Positions 8,771-18,934 of a stretch of 64,000 nt of DNA are shown in pieces. The first letter of the stretch is position 1. Every line of letters starts with the position of its first letter. The DNA lies in NCBI GenBank assembly GCA_964409415.1, contig CAYPDF010000004.1, forward strand, positions 144,946 to 208,945. Reading direction: 5' to 3'. Made by a program: the position numbers and the translations under genes. The notes below the pieces were generated by a model, which saw only the letters and a program-made list of their open reading frames with translations, searched no databases and was not told where the DNA came from. The stretch is from an uncultured Ohtaekwangia sp. (GTDB lineage Bacteria; Bacteroidota; Bacteroidia; Cytophagales; Cyclobacteriaceae).

Positions 8771-10267
8771 ATGAAAAAACTGTTATTCATTATTGTTTGC
8801 TCGCTTCTAATAAGTGCCTGCAATCAGAATCGCTTCGATGTTATCATTCGCAATGCTCAGGTGGTAGATGGTAGTGGTGAATCTTCCTTTAGGGGAGATG
8901 TGGGGATCAACGCAGATACTATTGCCGCTGTAGGAGATTTATCAAAATCAATTGCCCAAAGAGAAATTGATGCTTCGGGACTGGTGGTATCTCCTGGGTT
9001 TATTGACACGCACAGCCACCATGACAGGGGGATGTTTGAAGGTCGGGATATGTTAACGCTTACCAGTCAGGGTGTTACTACCATGATAATAGGGCAGGAT
9101 GGTGGATCAAGATATCCCATAACAAAACTAATGAGTCAGTTGGACAGCATGCCTGTTGCCATTAACGTAGCATCTTACACGGGTCACAATACTTTACGGA
9201 GAATGGTGTTGGGAGAAAAGTATCAAAGAGAAGCAACGCAGCAGGAAGTAGATCAAATGAAAGTACTGTTGGAACAGGACTTGAAGTTCGGCTCGCTAGG
9301 GTTGTCTACAGGTTTGGAATATGACCCGGGTATTTATTCCAATGAAGACGAAGTAGTGCAACTGGCCGCGGTTGTTGCCCGTTATGGAGGTCGCTATATA
9401 AGTCACATGCGAAGTGAGGACCGCTATTTTTGGAATTCCCTGAAAGAAATTATTAATATCGGTAAGCAAACAGGCGTGCCTGTTCAGATTTCTCATGCGA
9501 AGTTGGCTATGAAAAGTTTGTGGGGCCAGTCTGACAAAATGATTGCCATACTTGATTCAGCACGGGCTGCGGGAATAGACATTACTGCAGATATTTATCC
9601 TTACCCCTACTGGCAATCTACCATGACGGTTTTGTTTCCAGAACGAAATTTTAAGGATAGAAAAGTAGCCAGCTTTGCGTTGACCGAACTTACCACTCCG
9701 GAGGGTATGCTTATTGGAGATTATTCTCCAATACCTGAGTATGTTGGTAAAACTTTGGCCGAGGTAGCCGCAATTAGGAAAACTGATCCGGTGCAAACCC
9801 TTATGGATTTAATTGACATCGTTGAAAAGCAAGGAGGGGATGAAAGTATTATTGCCACAAGCATGGATGAAGATGATATCAAGCGGATTATGAAGTGGCC
9901 TTACACCAACATTTGCTCAGACGGAACAACGGAAGGGTTGCACCCCAGAGGCCACGGATCTTTCACTAAGATATTACGACACTATGTAAGAGAGGAACAA
10001 ATATTAACTTTAGAGGAGGCCATTCATAAGATGACCCAACAAGCAGCAATTAATTTAAATTTGAAAAAGATAGGAGAAATTAAACCAGGGTACTACGCAG
10101 ATCTGGTATTGTTTAATCCTGATACTGTTGCTGACCTGGCTACTTCGGATCAGCCTCACGCATTGTCGGTAGGAATAAGTCATGTAATTGTAAATGGCGT
10201 TGAAGTACTTGATGAAAACGGTTCTACCCATCAATTTCCAGGCAGAACAATAAGAAGATTGAATTAG
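8771..10267 (+). CDS. N-acyl-D-amino-acid deacylase (D-aminoacylase) family amidohydrolase, lipoprotein
   Basis: Lipobox LISAC; VSPGFIDTHSH, SHMRSE, QISHAK, CSDG..HPRGHGSF, GYYADLVLF. Confidence 0.9.
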   Translation: MKKLLFIIVCSLLISACNQNRFDVIIRNAQVVDGSGESSFRGDVGINADTIAAVGDLSKSIAQREIDASGLVVSPGFIDTHSHHDRGMFEGRDMLTLTSQGVTTMIIGQDGGSRYPITKLMSQLDSMPVAINVASYTGHNTLRRMVLGEKYQREATQQEVDQMKVLLEQDLKFGSLGLSTGLEYDPGIYSNEDEVVQLAAVVARYGGRYISHMRSEDRYFWNSLKEIINIGKQTGVPVQISHAKLAMKSLWGQSDKMIAILDSARAAGIDITADIYPYPYWQSTMTVLFPERNFKDRKVASFALTELTTPEGMLIGDYSPIPEYVGKTLAEVAAIRKTDPVQTLMDLIDIVEKQGGDESIIATSMDEDDIKRIMKWPYTNICSDGTTEGLHPRGHGSFTKILRHYVREEQILTLEEAIHKMTQQAAINLNLKKIGEIKPGYYADLVLFNPDTVADLATSDQPHALSVGISHVIVNGVEVLDENGSTHQFPGRTIRRLN

Positions 10268-10290
10268 GGCTATCAGAAAATACATTTAGC

Positions 10291-11676
10291 ATGGAGAAAC
10301 AGCAAACTAAGGAGGAGAACCCCCCCAACAAAACACTGCTAAAAACGCTGCGTCAACTTCTTAACTATCAGTTTAATCTCAATTTTGATAAATCCTATGA
10401 AGATCAGGTTGTTGATGACATTCGAAAGAGTGTAGAGTTCCGTGGGATGAACCTTTGGGTGCTCATTTTTGCAATCTTTATCGCCTCCATCGGCCTTAAC
10501 ATGAACTCCACCGCAGTGGTAATAGGTGCCATGTTAATTTCTCCGCTGATGGGGCCTATTATAGGACTGGGGGTTGGAGTAGGAATAAATGATTTTGGAC
10601 TTATTAAGAAGGCCCTTAAAAATATTGGGGTTGCTACTGTGATAAGTCTCCTTTCATCCACACTCTATTTCTTAATATCCCCACTGAGTGATGCCAGCTC
10701 CGAGTTGCTCTCCAGGACGACACCTACTATCTGGGATGTGTTTATTGCTTTTTTTGGAGGACTCGCAGGCATAATTGCCTATACCAATAAGCAAAAAGGC
10801 AATGTGATACCCGGTGTAGCTATAGCCACTGCATTGATGCCTCCTCTATGTACTGCGGGATATGGAATTGCAACAGGAAACCTGGCATTCTTTCTTGGCG
10901 CATTTTATCTCTACTTTATCAATAGCATTTTCATTGCCATCGCCACTTACCTGATGGTAAAGTATCAACGTTTCTCTCTTTACAATTTTGTGGATGCTCA
11001 AACTGAGCGGAGAGTAAGAAGGTCAATTGCGCTGGTGGTAATCTTAACCATTGGACCAAGCGTTTTCATGGGTTATCAAATCGTGACAAAAACTTTTTAT
11101 GAACAAAACGCTATTAATTTTATAAACAATGAGTTTGACCTCCCTGAAACACAGATTGTGAGTCGCTCTATTGATCCTAAAGAAAGGAAAATTGAAGTGT
11201 TGCTCTTTGGAAAAAAACTAGATGACGATATGCTGGCCATCATTAAAGATAAAATGGCGATTTATGGCCTTACTGAAACGGAGCTGAAGATACGCCAGGA
11301 TATGGACAAATCTGCTCCTGTAGACTACAATGCAATAAAGACAGGTGTACTGGAGGATTTGTACAAGAATTCAGAACAGACATTGCGCCAGCGGGATCGA
11401 ATAATTGACTCTTTGCAAAAAGAATTGGAGAAAGTTAAGCCTGAAGTTTGGCCGATTAAGAGTATGACCGATGAGTTGAGCATTGTAATTAGTCCGGTAG
11501 AGGAGCTTTCTGTCTATCCATCCATATATTATCAAACCAGTGAAAGTAAATACGACACTGCTTTAACGGTCTATTTAAAAATGAAGCATAGGCCCACCTC
11601 CTCTCAAACAAAAAAAATAACCAGTTGGCTTAAAGCGCGAATGCAAAACGATTCAATCAGGGTAATTCTCCAATAA
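10291..11676 (+). CDS. DUF389 (TIGR00341-like) membrane protein
   Basis: ASIGLNMNSTAVVIGAMLISPLMGP, IPGVAIATALMPPLCTAG; multiple TM helices plus a soluble C-terminal domain. Confidence 0.88.
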   Translation: MEKQQTKEENPPNKTLLKTLRQLLNYQFNLNFDKSYEDQVVDDIRKSVEFRGMNLWVLIFAIFIASIGLNMNSTAVVIGAMLISPLMGPIIGLGVGVGINDFGLIKKALKNIGVATVISLLSSTLYFLISPLSDASSELLSRTTPTIWDVFIAFFGGLAGIIAYTNKQKGNVIPGVAIATALMPPLCTAGYGIATGNLAFFLGAFYLYFINSIFIAIATYLMVKYQRFSLYNFVDAQTERRVRRSIALVVILTIGPSVFMGYQIVTKTFYEQNAINFINNEFDLPETQIVSRSIDPKERKIEVLLFGKKLDDDMLAIIKDKMAIYGLTETELKIRQDMDKSAPVDYNAIKTGVLEDLYKNSEQTLRQRDRIIDSLQKELEKVKPEVWPIKSMTDELSIVISPVEELSVYPSIYYQTSESKYDTALTVYLKMKHRPTSSQTKKITSWLKARMQNDSIRVILQ

Positions 11677-11764
11677 ATTAGGATTTCATAGCTTGTCTTC
11701 GAGAAATTCTACTTCATAATTTCATGCTGATTGCGTAGCTTAATAGCTTAAACTCCTCCAACCC

Positions 11765-13447
11765 ATGAAAAGAATATCCATATTTCTGCTGCTCATCGTT
11801 AGTATTCTGTCTTGTAAGAAAGAAGAATATGATGTCATTATTCGCCAGGGAACTGTTTATGACGGGTCCGGTGCAGAGGGGCGCATTACTGACGTGGGCA
11901 TCAATGCAGATACCATTGCTGTGATCGGTGATTTGTCCAAGGCAGTAGGCAAAAAAGAAATTGATGCAAAGGGACTTGCAGTAGCGCCTGGGTTTATCAA
12001 TATGCTCAGCTGGGCTGTTGAAAGTTTGATTCTGGATGGAAATTCGCAAAGTGATATCAGGCAAGGGGTGACGCTGGAGGTGTTTGGTGAGGGTGGGTCG
12101 ATGGGGCCTATTAACGAAAAGATGCGGAAGGGAATGTTGGATGACATGAGGCGCAATCCAGACTATGCTCACGATATCGATTGGACCACCCTGGATGGGT
12201 ATTTACAATCACTGGTGAAAAGAGGAATTGCCCCTAACGTTGCATCCTTTATTGGCGCCACCACGGTGAGAATACACGAACTTAATTACGACAATAGATT
12301 GCCTAATGAAGAAGAACTTGCCCGTATGCAGAATTTGGTTCGAAAGGCAATGGAGGAAGGTGCATTAGGTGTAGGCTCTTCGTTGATTTATGCGCCTGCA
12401 AACTATTCCAGTACGGAAGAGTTGATTGCACTCTGCAAGGTGGCTGCAGAATATGGGGGAATGTACATCACACATATGCGTAGTGAGGGTAACGGTATTT
12501 TTAAAGCTGTAAATGAGACCATTCGCATCGCGCGAGAGGCTGGCTTGCCGGCAGAGATTTATCACCTTAAGATGGCTGGCGCGGAAAACTGGAATAAACT
12601 CGATTCCGTGATTGCAATGATTGATGCTGCTAATAAATCCGGATTAAAAATAACTGCAGATATGTATACCTATCGAGCAGGTGCTACAGGATTGGATGCG
12701 GCTATGCCCCCCTGGCTACAGGAAGGTGGACTTCAGGAGTGGATCAAGAGGATGAAGAATCCGCAAATCAGAAAGAAGGCACTGGCAGAGATGAGGAAAC
12801 CATCGGATGAATGGGAAAATTTATTGCTGATGTCGGGAAGTCCGGACAATGTGTTGCTGCTTGAATTTGCCAACGATTCGCTCAGGCAATTTACGGGTAA
12901 AACATTGGCCGAAGTAGCTAAAATCTACGGAAAATCCCCTGAGGAAACAGCCATGGACTTAGTAATGGCTGATAGCACCAGGGTGGGTACGGCTTATTTT
13001 ATGATGAGTGAAGAAAACATCAAAAGGCAGATTGCTTTGCCTTACGTGAGTTTTGGCTCAGATGCCGGATCTCCAACTGCTGAGGGGGTATTTCTTAAAT
13101 CAAATGACCATCCGCGTGCCTACGGAAACTTTGCCAGGCTGCTGGGTAAGTACGTACGTGATGAAAAGGTGATACCCATGGAAGAAGCCATTCGAAAACT
13201 GACTTCTTTGCCGGCCGGTAATCTAAAAATCAAAAAACGCGGAAGCCTAAAACCTGGTTACTATGCGGATGTAGTTGCTTTTGATCCGATGAAAATTCAA
13301 GACCATGCCACATTCGAGCAACCCCATCAATACAGTACAGGTATGATACATGTATTTGTAAACGGTGAGCAAGTGCTGGCAAATGGTGAGCATACCGGAG
13401 CAAGGCCAGGAAGGGTGGTGAGAGGGCCAGGATGGAAAGGGGATTGA
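11765..13447 (+). CDS. N-acyl-D-amino-acid deacylase family amidohydrolase, second paralog, lipoprotein
   Basis: Lipobox ILSC; VAPGFINMLSWA, THMRSEG, EIYHLK, FGSDA, HPRAYGNF. Confidence 0.9.
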   Translation: MKRISIFLLLIVSILSCKKEEYDVIIRQGTVYDGSGAEGRITDVGINADTIAVIGDLSKAVGKKEIDAKGLAVAPGFINMLSWAVESLILDGNSQSDIRQGVTLEVFGEGGSMGPINEKMRKGMLDDMRRNPDYAHDIDWTTLDGYLQSLVKRGIAPNVASFIGATTVRIHELNYDNRLPNEEELARMQNLVRKAMEEGALGVGSSLIYAPANYSSTEELIALCKVAAEYGGMYITHMRSEGNGIFKAVNETIRIAREAGLPAEIYHLKMAGAENWNKLDSVIAMIDAANKSGLKITADMYTYRAGATGLDAAMPPWLQEGGLQEWIKRMKNPQIRKKALAEMRKPSDEWENLLLMSGSPDNVLLLEFANDSLRQFTGKTLAEVAKIYGKSPEETAMDLVMADSTRVGTAYFMMSEENIKRQIALPYVSFGSDAGSPTAEGVFLKSNDHPRAYGNFARLLGKYVRDEKVIPMEEAIRKLTSLPAGNLKIKKRGSLKPGYYADVVAFDPMKIQDHATFEQPHQYSTGMIHVFVNGEQVLANGEHTGARPGRVVRGPGWKGD

Positions 13448-13448
13448 A

Positions 13449-13531
13449 ATTTAAGATTTTAGGATTTTAGATTTTAGGATTTAAGAAATAAACGGATGTA
13501 AATCTCAAATCCCAAAATCTTAAATCTTAAA
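13449..13531. repeat. Inverted arrays of 7-8 nt tandem repeats forming a long hairpin between convergent genes
   Basis: ATTTAAG-ATTTTAGG-ATTTTAG-ATTTTAGG-ATTTAAG facing ATCTCAA-ATCCCAAA-ATCTTAA-ATCTTAAAT. Confidence 0.75.
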
Positions 13532-15097
13532 TCATTTAGCATACGCAACACTTCGCATTTCTCGTATCACGGTCACTTTAATCTGCCCAGGATATTGCAT
13601 GTCATGTTCTATCTTTTGAGAAATGTCAAAGCTGAGTTGACTGGCTCGCTCGTCAGTGGCTTTCTCTGCATCTACGATCACCCGTAACTCTCTACCCGCC
13701 TGTATGGCATAACATTTTTCTACACCATCAAAACTTAATCCTACCTCCTCCAACTCGCGTAAGCGCTTGATGTATTGTTCCATTACCTCACGCCTGGCAC
13801 CAGGTCTGGCACCGCTAATAGCGTCACAGGCCTGCACTATAGGTGATAAAATGCTCGTCATTTCAATCTCATCGTGATGGGCTCCAATGGCATTGCAGAC
13901 TACCGGATGTTCCTTGTGTTTTTGGGCCAGTTCCATACCCACAATAGCATGTGGCTTTTCTAGTTCTTCGGGCCATACTTTACCAATGTCATGGAGTAAG
14001 CCTGCACGTTTTGCCTGCTTTACATTTAAGCCCAGTTCAGCAGCCATGATGGCACAGAGATTGGCCACTTCACGGGAATGCTGGAGTAGATTCTGACCAT
14101 AGGAGGAACGGAAACGCATCCTCCCAACCATCTTTACCAATTCCGGGTGAAGGCCATGTATACCCAGGTCTATTACCGTACGTTCTCCGGTTTCAATAAT
14201 CTCATCTTCAATATTTTTAGCCGTCTTGGCTACAATTTCTTCAATGCGTGCCGGGTGAATTCGTCCATCCTGTACCAATCGGTGAAGTGAAAGTCTGGCT
14301 GTTTCCCTTCTTACCGGGTCAAACCCCGAAATGATAATGGCTTCTGGCGTGTCGTCCACAATTATTTCTACACCGGTAGCGGCTTCAAGGGCCCGAATAT
14401 TTCGTCCTTCCCGTCCAATAATTTTTCCTTTAATGTCGTCACTTTCAATATTGAAAATAGATACACAGTTTTCAATGGCATGCTCGGTAGCTGTTCGTTG
14501 GATGGTTTCAACTACAATTTTCCGGGCCTCCTTGGTAGCAGTAAGTTTGGCCTCCTCCATGATGTCTTTAATAAACGAACTTGCTTTGGTCTGTGCCTCT
14601 TCTTTTAGAGACTCCACCAATTGATCGCGCGCCTCCTCAGCGGTAATTTTAGAGATATTTTCCAGTATGGCGACTTTTTGCTGGTTGAATTTGTCTAACT
14701 CTTCTTTTCTTTTTCTTACATGCTCCAACTGCACAGCAAGATTTTGCTTCTCTTCATTGGCTTCTGCCTCTTTGCGCTTTAATTGCTCTAATTCACGTGA
14801 AATTTGAGCTTCCCTTTGTTTTATTTTTTGTTCGTTACTTATGATTTGATTTTTCTTGCGATTGGCCTCTTCTTCAAACTCCTGCTTCATTTTAAGGAGC
14901 TTTTCTTTGGCTTCGATGATCTTATCTTTTTTGATGTTCTCGGCCTTTAGTTCTGCTTCGCGAACCATCGACTTGAACTTTTCATCCAAATCGGCTTGCT
15001 TTTTGGCCAATTTTCTTTTGTAGTAAAGATTACCAAACAAAAGGCTGAGGACAACGACCAGCGAAAAACTTATTGCAATGAGTATGGGTAATTCCAT
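13532..15097 (-). CDS. rny: Ribonuclease Y
   Basis: N-terminal TM plus coiled coil, KH motif [15 protein letters not shown] motif [26 protein letters not shown]. Confidence 0.97.
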   Translation of the reverse strand: MELPILIAISFSLVVVLSLLFGNLYYKRKLAKKQADLDEKFKSMVREAELKAENIKKDKIIEAKEKLLKMKQEFEEEANRKKNQIISNEQKIKQREAQISRELEQLKRKEAEANEEKQNLAVQLEHVRKRKEELDKFNQQKVAILENISKITAEEARDQLVESLKEEAQTKASSFIKDIMEEAKLTATKEARKIVVETIQRTATEHAIENCVSIFNIESDDIKGKIIGREGRNIRALEAATGVEIIVDDTPEAIIISGFDPVRRETARLSLHRLVQDGRIHPARIEEIVAKTAKNIEDEIIETGERTVIDLGIHGLHPELVKMVGRMRFRSSYGQNLLQHSREVANLCAIMAAELGLNVKQAKRAGLLHDIGKVWPEELEKPHAIVGMELAQKHKEHPVVCNAIGAHHDEIEMTSILSPIVQACDAISGARPGARREVMEQYIKRLRELEEVGLSFDGVEKCYAIQAGRELRVIVDAEKATDERASQLSFDISQKIEHDMQYPGQIKVTVIREMRSVAYAK

Positions 15098-15160
15098 GGT
15101 GCTAACGTTTAGAGTTATGACACCCGGAGAAATGCTGTAATGAAGGAAAAAGTGGGACTT

Positions 15161-15445
15161 TTAAATTCCCTGTGAAACCAGTTGGTTGAGGTGATTAATC
15201 TTCTCTACCACGGTATGATCGATGTCTTCCAAGTTCTTTTCATCGGCCATTTTATCTACGAGACAATCAAACGCAACCATTGCCAATAGGTCTTGTTTAT
15301 CATTTATTCCGAATTGCCCCCGGTAATGCTTTATTTTTTCATTGATCAATTTTCCTGCCGCTCTTATCTTTTCTTCCTCTTCCAGCTTTACCTTCATCGG
15401 GTACTCACGGTCCGCTATTTTGATCTTTATTGAAAGTTCTTCCAT
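15161..15445 (-). CDS. zapA: Cell division protein ZapA
   Basis: IKIKIADREYP...DKQDLLAMVA; conserved position between pheT and rny. Confidence 0.9.
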   Translation of the reverse strand: MEELSIKIKIADREYPMKVKLEEEEKIRAAGKLINEKIKHYRGQFGINDKQDLLAMVAFDCLVDKMADEKNLEDIDHTVVEKINHLNQLVSQGI

Positions 15446-15455
15446 TAATTACCGG

Positions 15456-15752
15456 TTATCTGCTCAGATGAGCTATGCATTTATCGATTTCTCGGATATA
15501 CTCGTCCACTTTCTTTTTCAACTCCGAATTACTTCCGTCTTCCGGGTCTATGTAATCTACAATTTTAGTGATTTTAATCTGATTTTTAAAATTGGAAATC
15601 TGCTCGTCACGGGCTTTAATGCTTGATTTTAGCTCGTGGTTCTCCAATTTGAGGCTTCTCACTTCGTCTTTCAAGGACTTGTGATCGTTCAGTAAAACCA
15701 AAATTTTACGCTCCAACCCGTGGAGGTTAGTCTTTAATATTTCCTGATCCAT
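15456..15752 (-). CDS. Coiled-coil protein (ZapB-like) of the pheT-zapA-rny cluster
   Basis: Coiled-coil heptads; C-terminal YIREIDKCIAHL; position in the cluster. Confidence 0.75.
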   Translation of the reverse strand: MDQEILKTNLHGLERKILVLLNDHKSLKDEVRSLKLENHELKSSIKARDEQISNFKNQIKITKIVDYIDPEDGSNSELKKKVDEYIREIDKCIAHLSR

Positions 15753-15801
15753 TTCGATACTTTATGCAGCTACAATATGCCTTTTTTATTGTCGCCAGGT
15801 T

Positions 15802-18216
15802 TTATTTTCTAATCAAAGCGCCCATTTTCTGCTCAAAGGCACTCATTAGTTTATTCATTGTTTTGTCAATCTCCTCGTCCGTCAGTGTTTTGGTTGAGTC
15901 TAATAAGACAAAACCTAAAGCGTATGCTTTTTTACCTTCTGGAATGTTCTTCCCTTCATAAACATCAAATGCAATTAACTCCTTGATTAACTTCTTCTCC
16001 GTTGCCAGTACCAAATCCTTTATTTCAGTGAAGGTCACCTGCCTATCGAGTACGAGTGACAAGTCTCGCCTAACTTCAGGATACCTTGGTACTTCCTCTA
16101 TCACTAACTTAGGGTTTGCCGACTTGAAAAGCAAGGCAGCATTAAGATCTGCATAAAATATTTCTTGCTTAAGGCCAAAATCCTTTGTAATGGCTGATTT
16201 TACTTTTCCAATTCTTCCTACTTCCAATTTTCCGTTTGTCAGGATCGTTCCGTATTCAAACAAAGGGTCGTCAAGTGGATCTTGTTTTATATTCGTAAGA
16301 CTTGATTTTTGAAAGATATTATGTGCCTGTTGCGCCAAATCAAAATAAGTTACCTTCCTGGGTTGGGTCTGCCAGTTTTCTGCTTCAAGGTTTCCACTTA
16401 AGTAAAGGGCAAGTCGTTCTTCTTCTTTGTATCCGCTATCTTCTTTCCAATAGATCTTTCCGAATTCGAAAAACTTGAGATCTTTCTGCCTCCGATTAAT
16501 ATTATGCACGCATACCTCCAATCCGGTAAATAGCATCGTCTGCCTTAGCACACCCTGTTCTTCACTGAGTTTGTTTAGAATTTCTATACGTTGCCCCATG
16601 GCATTCAGGGGGTGTTTCTTATAATAGGCCTCGTGGGTTAAGGAATTGGTGAGTATCTCGTAAAAGCCATTGCCTACCAACATTTCGCCTATGGTACGTT
16701 GGTATACATTCTTGTCCCTATTGGGGAAATCTGCTAAAAAACTTGTCCCTGCGCTATCGGACAACTCAATATTATCGAGTCCATAAATGCGAAGTATCTC
16801 TTCAATGATATCTGCTTCCTGCACTACGTCAACGCGATAGGGAGGCACTGATGCTGTAAACTGTTTGTCATTCTCTTCATGGGTAACAATATCAAGGCTA
16901 TTCAGAATGCTATGGATTCTCTCTTTGGGTATATCCTTGCCTATCAGACGGGAGATATTGCGGTATTTTACGCTGATAACTTTGTTCTCGATCTTTTTAG
17001 GAAATACATCTACCATCTCGGAGGATATCTTACCACCCGCTAACTCCTTTACCAATAGGGCTGCTCTTTTGATGGCATAAACAGTAAGATTGGGGTCAGT
17101 ACCTCTTTCAAACCGGAAAGAAGCGTCTGTTTTTAATTGATGATGCATTCCGGTTTTTCGGATATAATCAGGAGACCAATGGGCAGCTTCAATAAAGATA
17201 TTTTTAGTCTGGGCAGTAATACCAGATTGAGTGCCTCCAAAAACTCCTGCAATACACATTGCTTCTTTCGTATTGCATACCATTAAATCATTGGAAGTAA
17301 GGGTGCGTTCCTTTTCATCAAGGGTTTTAAACTTTGTTCCTGCGGCCATTGTCTTCACAATCACCTTGCCTCCAATTATTTTATCTGCATCATAGGCATG
17401 CAAAGGTTGGCCCAGTTCGTGGCAGATGAAATTAGTAATATCTACAATGTTATTAATGGGAGTAAGACCAATTGCTTTTAATCTGTTTTTCAACCAATCG
17501 GGGGACTCTGATACGGAAATGCCAGAAATAGTAAGGCCAGAAAAACGGGGGCATCCAACACTATCCTCTACAATCACCGGAATAGTAAGGCTGGTATCAT
17601 CTACTTTGAAACTTTCAACCGAAGGCCATTTTAATGTAGAGTTTTTGAAGGCTTTTATGTCTCTGGCTACGCCAATATGGGAGGCCGCATCCGCACGATT
17701 GGGTGTGAGCCCAATTTCAAACACATGATCGTTTTCTACGCTGTAAAGTGCAGCGGCTGGCGCTCCATTTTGCAGTTTCGTTTCCAATACAATGATACCA
17801 TCATGATTTTCGCTCAACCCTATTTCGTCTTCTGCGCAAATCATTCCTTCGGAATGCTCGCCCCTTATTTTGGCTTTTTTAATGGTAAATGGCTCGCCAT
17901 TATATGGATGAAGCGTGGTGCCAGGCTGTGCAACAACCACTTTTTGTCCTACAGCGACATTGGCAGCACCACATACAATTTGGGCAGGTTGCGTTTCGCC
18001 TATATCTACAGTTGTAATGGAAAGTTTATCAGCATTGGGGTGTTTGTTGCACGTAACTACCTCTCCTATTACAAGCCCTTTTAGTCCTCCGGGAATGGAG
18101 TCAAAAATGGTGATGCTTTCCACCTCAAGCCCTGTAGCGGTAAGGATTTTACCCAACTCATCCGGTTCTTCCGTAATGTCAATGTATTGCTTAAGCCAGT
18201 TGTAGGAAATCTTCAT
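15802..18216 (-). CDS. pheT: Phenylalanine--tRNA ligase beta subunit
   Basis: MKISYNWL start at 18216; HPNADKL, LTPNRAD, DASFRFERG, RRDLSLV, C-terminal GALIR. Confidence 0.97.
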   Translation of the reverse strand: MKISYNWLKQYIDITEEPDELGKILTATGLEVESITIFDSIPGGLKGLVIGEVVTCNKHPNADKLSITTVDIGETQPAQIVCGAANVAVGQKVVVAQPGTTLHPYNGEPFTIKKAKIRGEHSEGMICAEDEIGLSENHDGIIVLETKLQNGAPAAALYSVENDHVFEIGLTPNRADAASHIGVARDIKAFKNSTLKWPSVESFKVDDTSLTIPVIVEDSVGCPRFSGLTISGISVSESPDWLKNRLKAIGLTPINNIVDITNFICHELGQPLHAYDADKIIGGKVIVKTMAAGTKFKTLDEKERTLTSNDLMVCNTKEAMCIAGVFGGTQSGITAQTKNIFIEAAHWSPDYIRKTGMHHQLKTDASFRFERGTDPNLTVYAIKRAALLVKELAGGKISSEMVDVFPKKIENKVISVKYRNISRLIGKDIPKERIHSILNSLDIVTHEENDKQFTASVPPYRVDVVQEADIIEEILRIYGLDNIELSDSAGTSFLADFPNRDKNVYQRTIGEMLVGNGFYEILTNSLTHEAYYKKHPLNAMGQRIEILNKLSEEQGVLRQTMLFTGLEVCVHNINRRQKDLKFFEFGKIYWKEDSGYKEEERLALYLSGNLEAENWQTQPRKVTYFDLAQQAHNIFQKSSLTNIKQDPLDDPLFEYGTILTNGKLEVGRIGKVKSAITKDFGLKQEIFYADLNAALLFKSANPKLVIEEVPRYPEVRRDLSLVLDRQVTFTEIKDLVLATEKKLIKELIAFDVYEGKNIPEGKKAYALGFVLLDSTKTLTDEEIDKTMNKLMSAFEQKMGALIRK

Positions 18217-18315
18217 GAAGCCTCGAAAAATTGGCTTCAAAAATAGAGAAAAAGAACGGGACAGGGATTGTTTCTCAGAGGCAAATTAGAGCTAAAATGA
18301 CTGCTGTACGCAATG

Positions 18316-18933
18316 TTATTTGTGATACACTTTTTCTCCTGCTCTGATAGGCACATTAAGGATATTTTCCTTTGGCGGAAAAGGGCATGAAAAGCTGTCC
18401 GAATAAGCACAGTAAGGGTTGTAGGCCTTGTTAAAATCAAGCAGGACAGAGCTGCTTCCCGGCACTTTTTTTATATCCAGGTACCTACCGGCTCCGTAAG
18501 TTTCACGTGCGCTGGTTTCATCGGCAAAAGCGAGGAATAATGTGCCTCGGTCTGGGCCAGGTTCCATGATCTCCAAAATTAGAAGGCGACACTTTGTATT
18601 GTTGATGGCAAAGTCTGCCCAGGCATACTCCAGATATCGGTTTTCCAGGCCATCATTGGTAGAAAGTCTTACCACTTTTTTGTCTTTAATTGGCTCCAGA
18701 CTTGCACTAATTCGGTAAGAAGGATCTGTATCAAAATATTTCAGTCCTGTAAACTCACCTGCTTTTCCTGCAAACGGAGCGCCTTCATTCACCATCAGAT
18801 TATTTTTCTCCTCTCTGTGTTGCTTTATTTCATCCAGGTAGCCTTCACTGGATTGGCTTCCCTGTAAAGAATAAAATATGAATCCGATAATAGAGATGAG
18901 TACGATAATGGAAATGATTTTACTGAGTTTCAT
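18316..18933 (-). CDS. DUF1684 domain protein
   Basis: ETYGAGRYLD, LDFNKAYNPYCAY..SCPFPPKEN, IRAGEK. Confidence 0.9.
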   Translation of the reverse strand: MKLSKIISIIVLISIIGFIFYSLQGSQSSEGYLDEIKQHREEKNNLMVNEGAPFAGKAGEFTGLKYFDTDPSYRISASLEPIKDKKVVRLSTNDGLENRYLEYAWADFAINNTKCRLLILEIMEPGPDRGTLFLAFADETSARETYGAGRYLDIKKVPGSSSVLLDFNKAYNPYCAYSDSFSCPFPPKENILNVPIRAGEKVYHK

Positions 18934-18934
18934 T

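Noticed and set aside
15098..15160. 6S RNA between zapA and rny
   Set aside because: The gap is only 63 nt, with no long irregular hairpin
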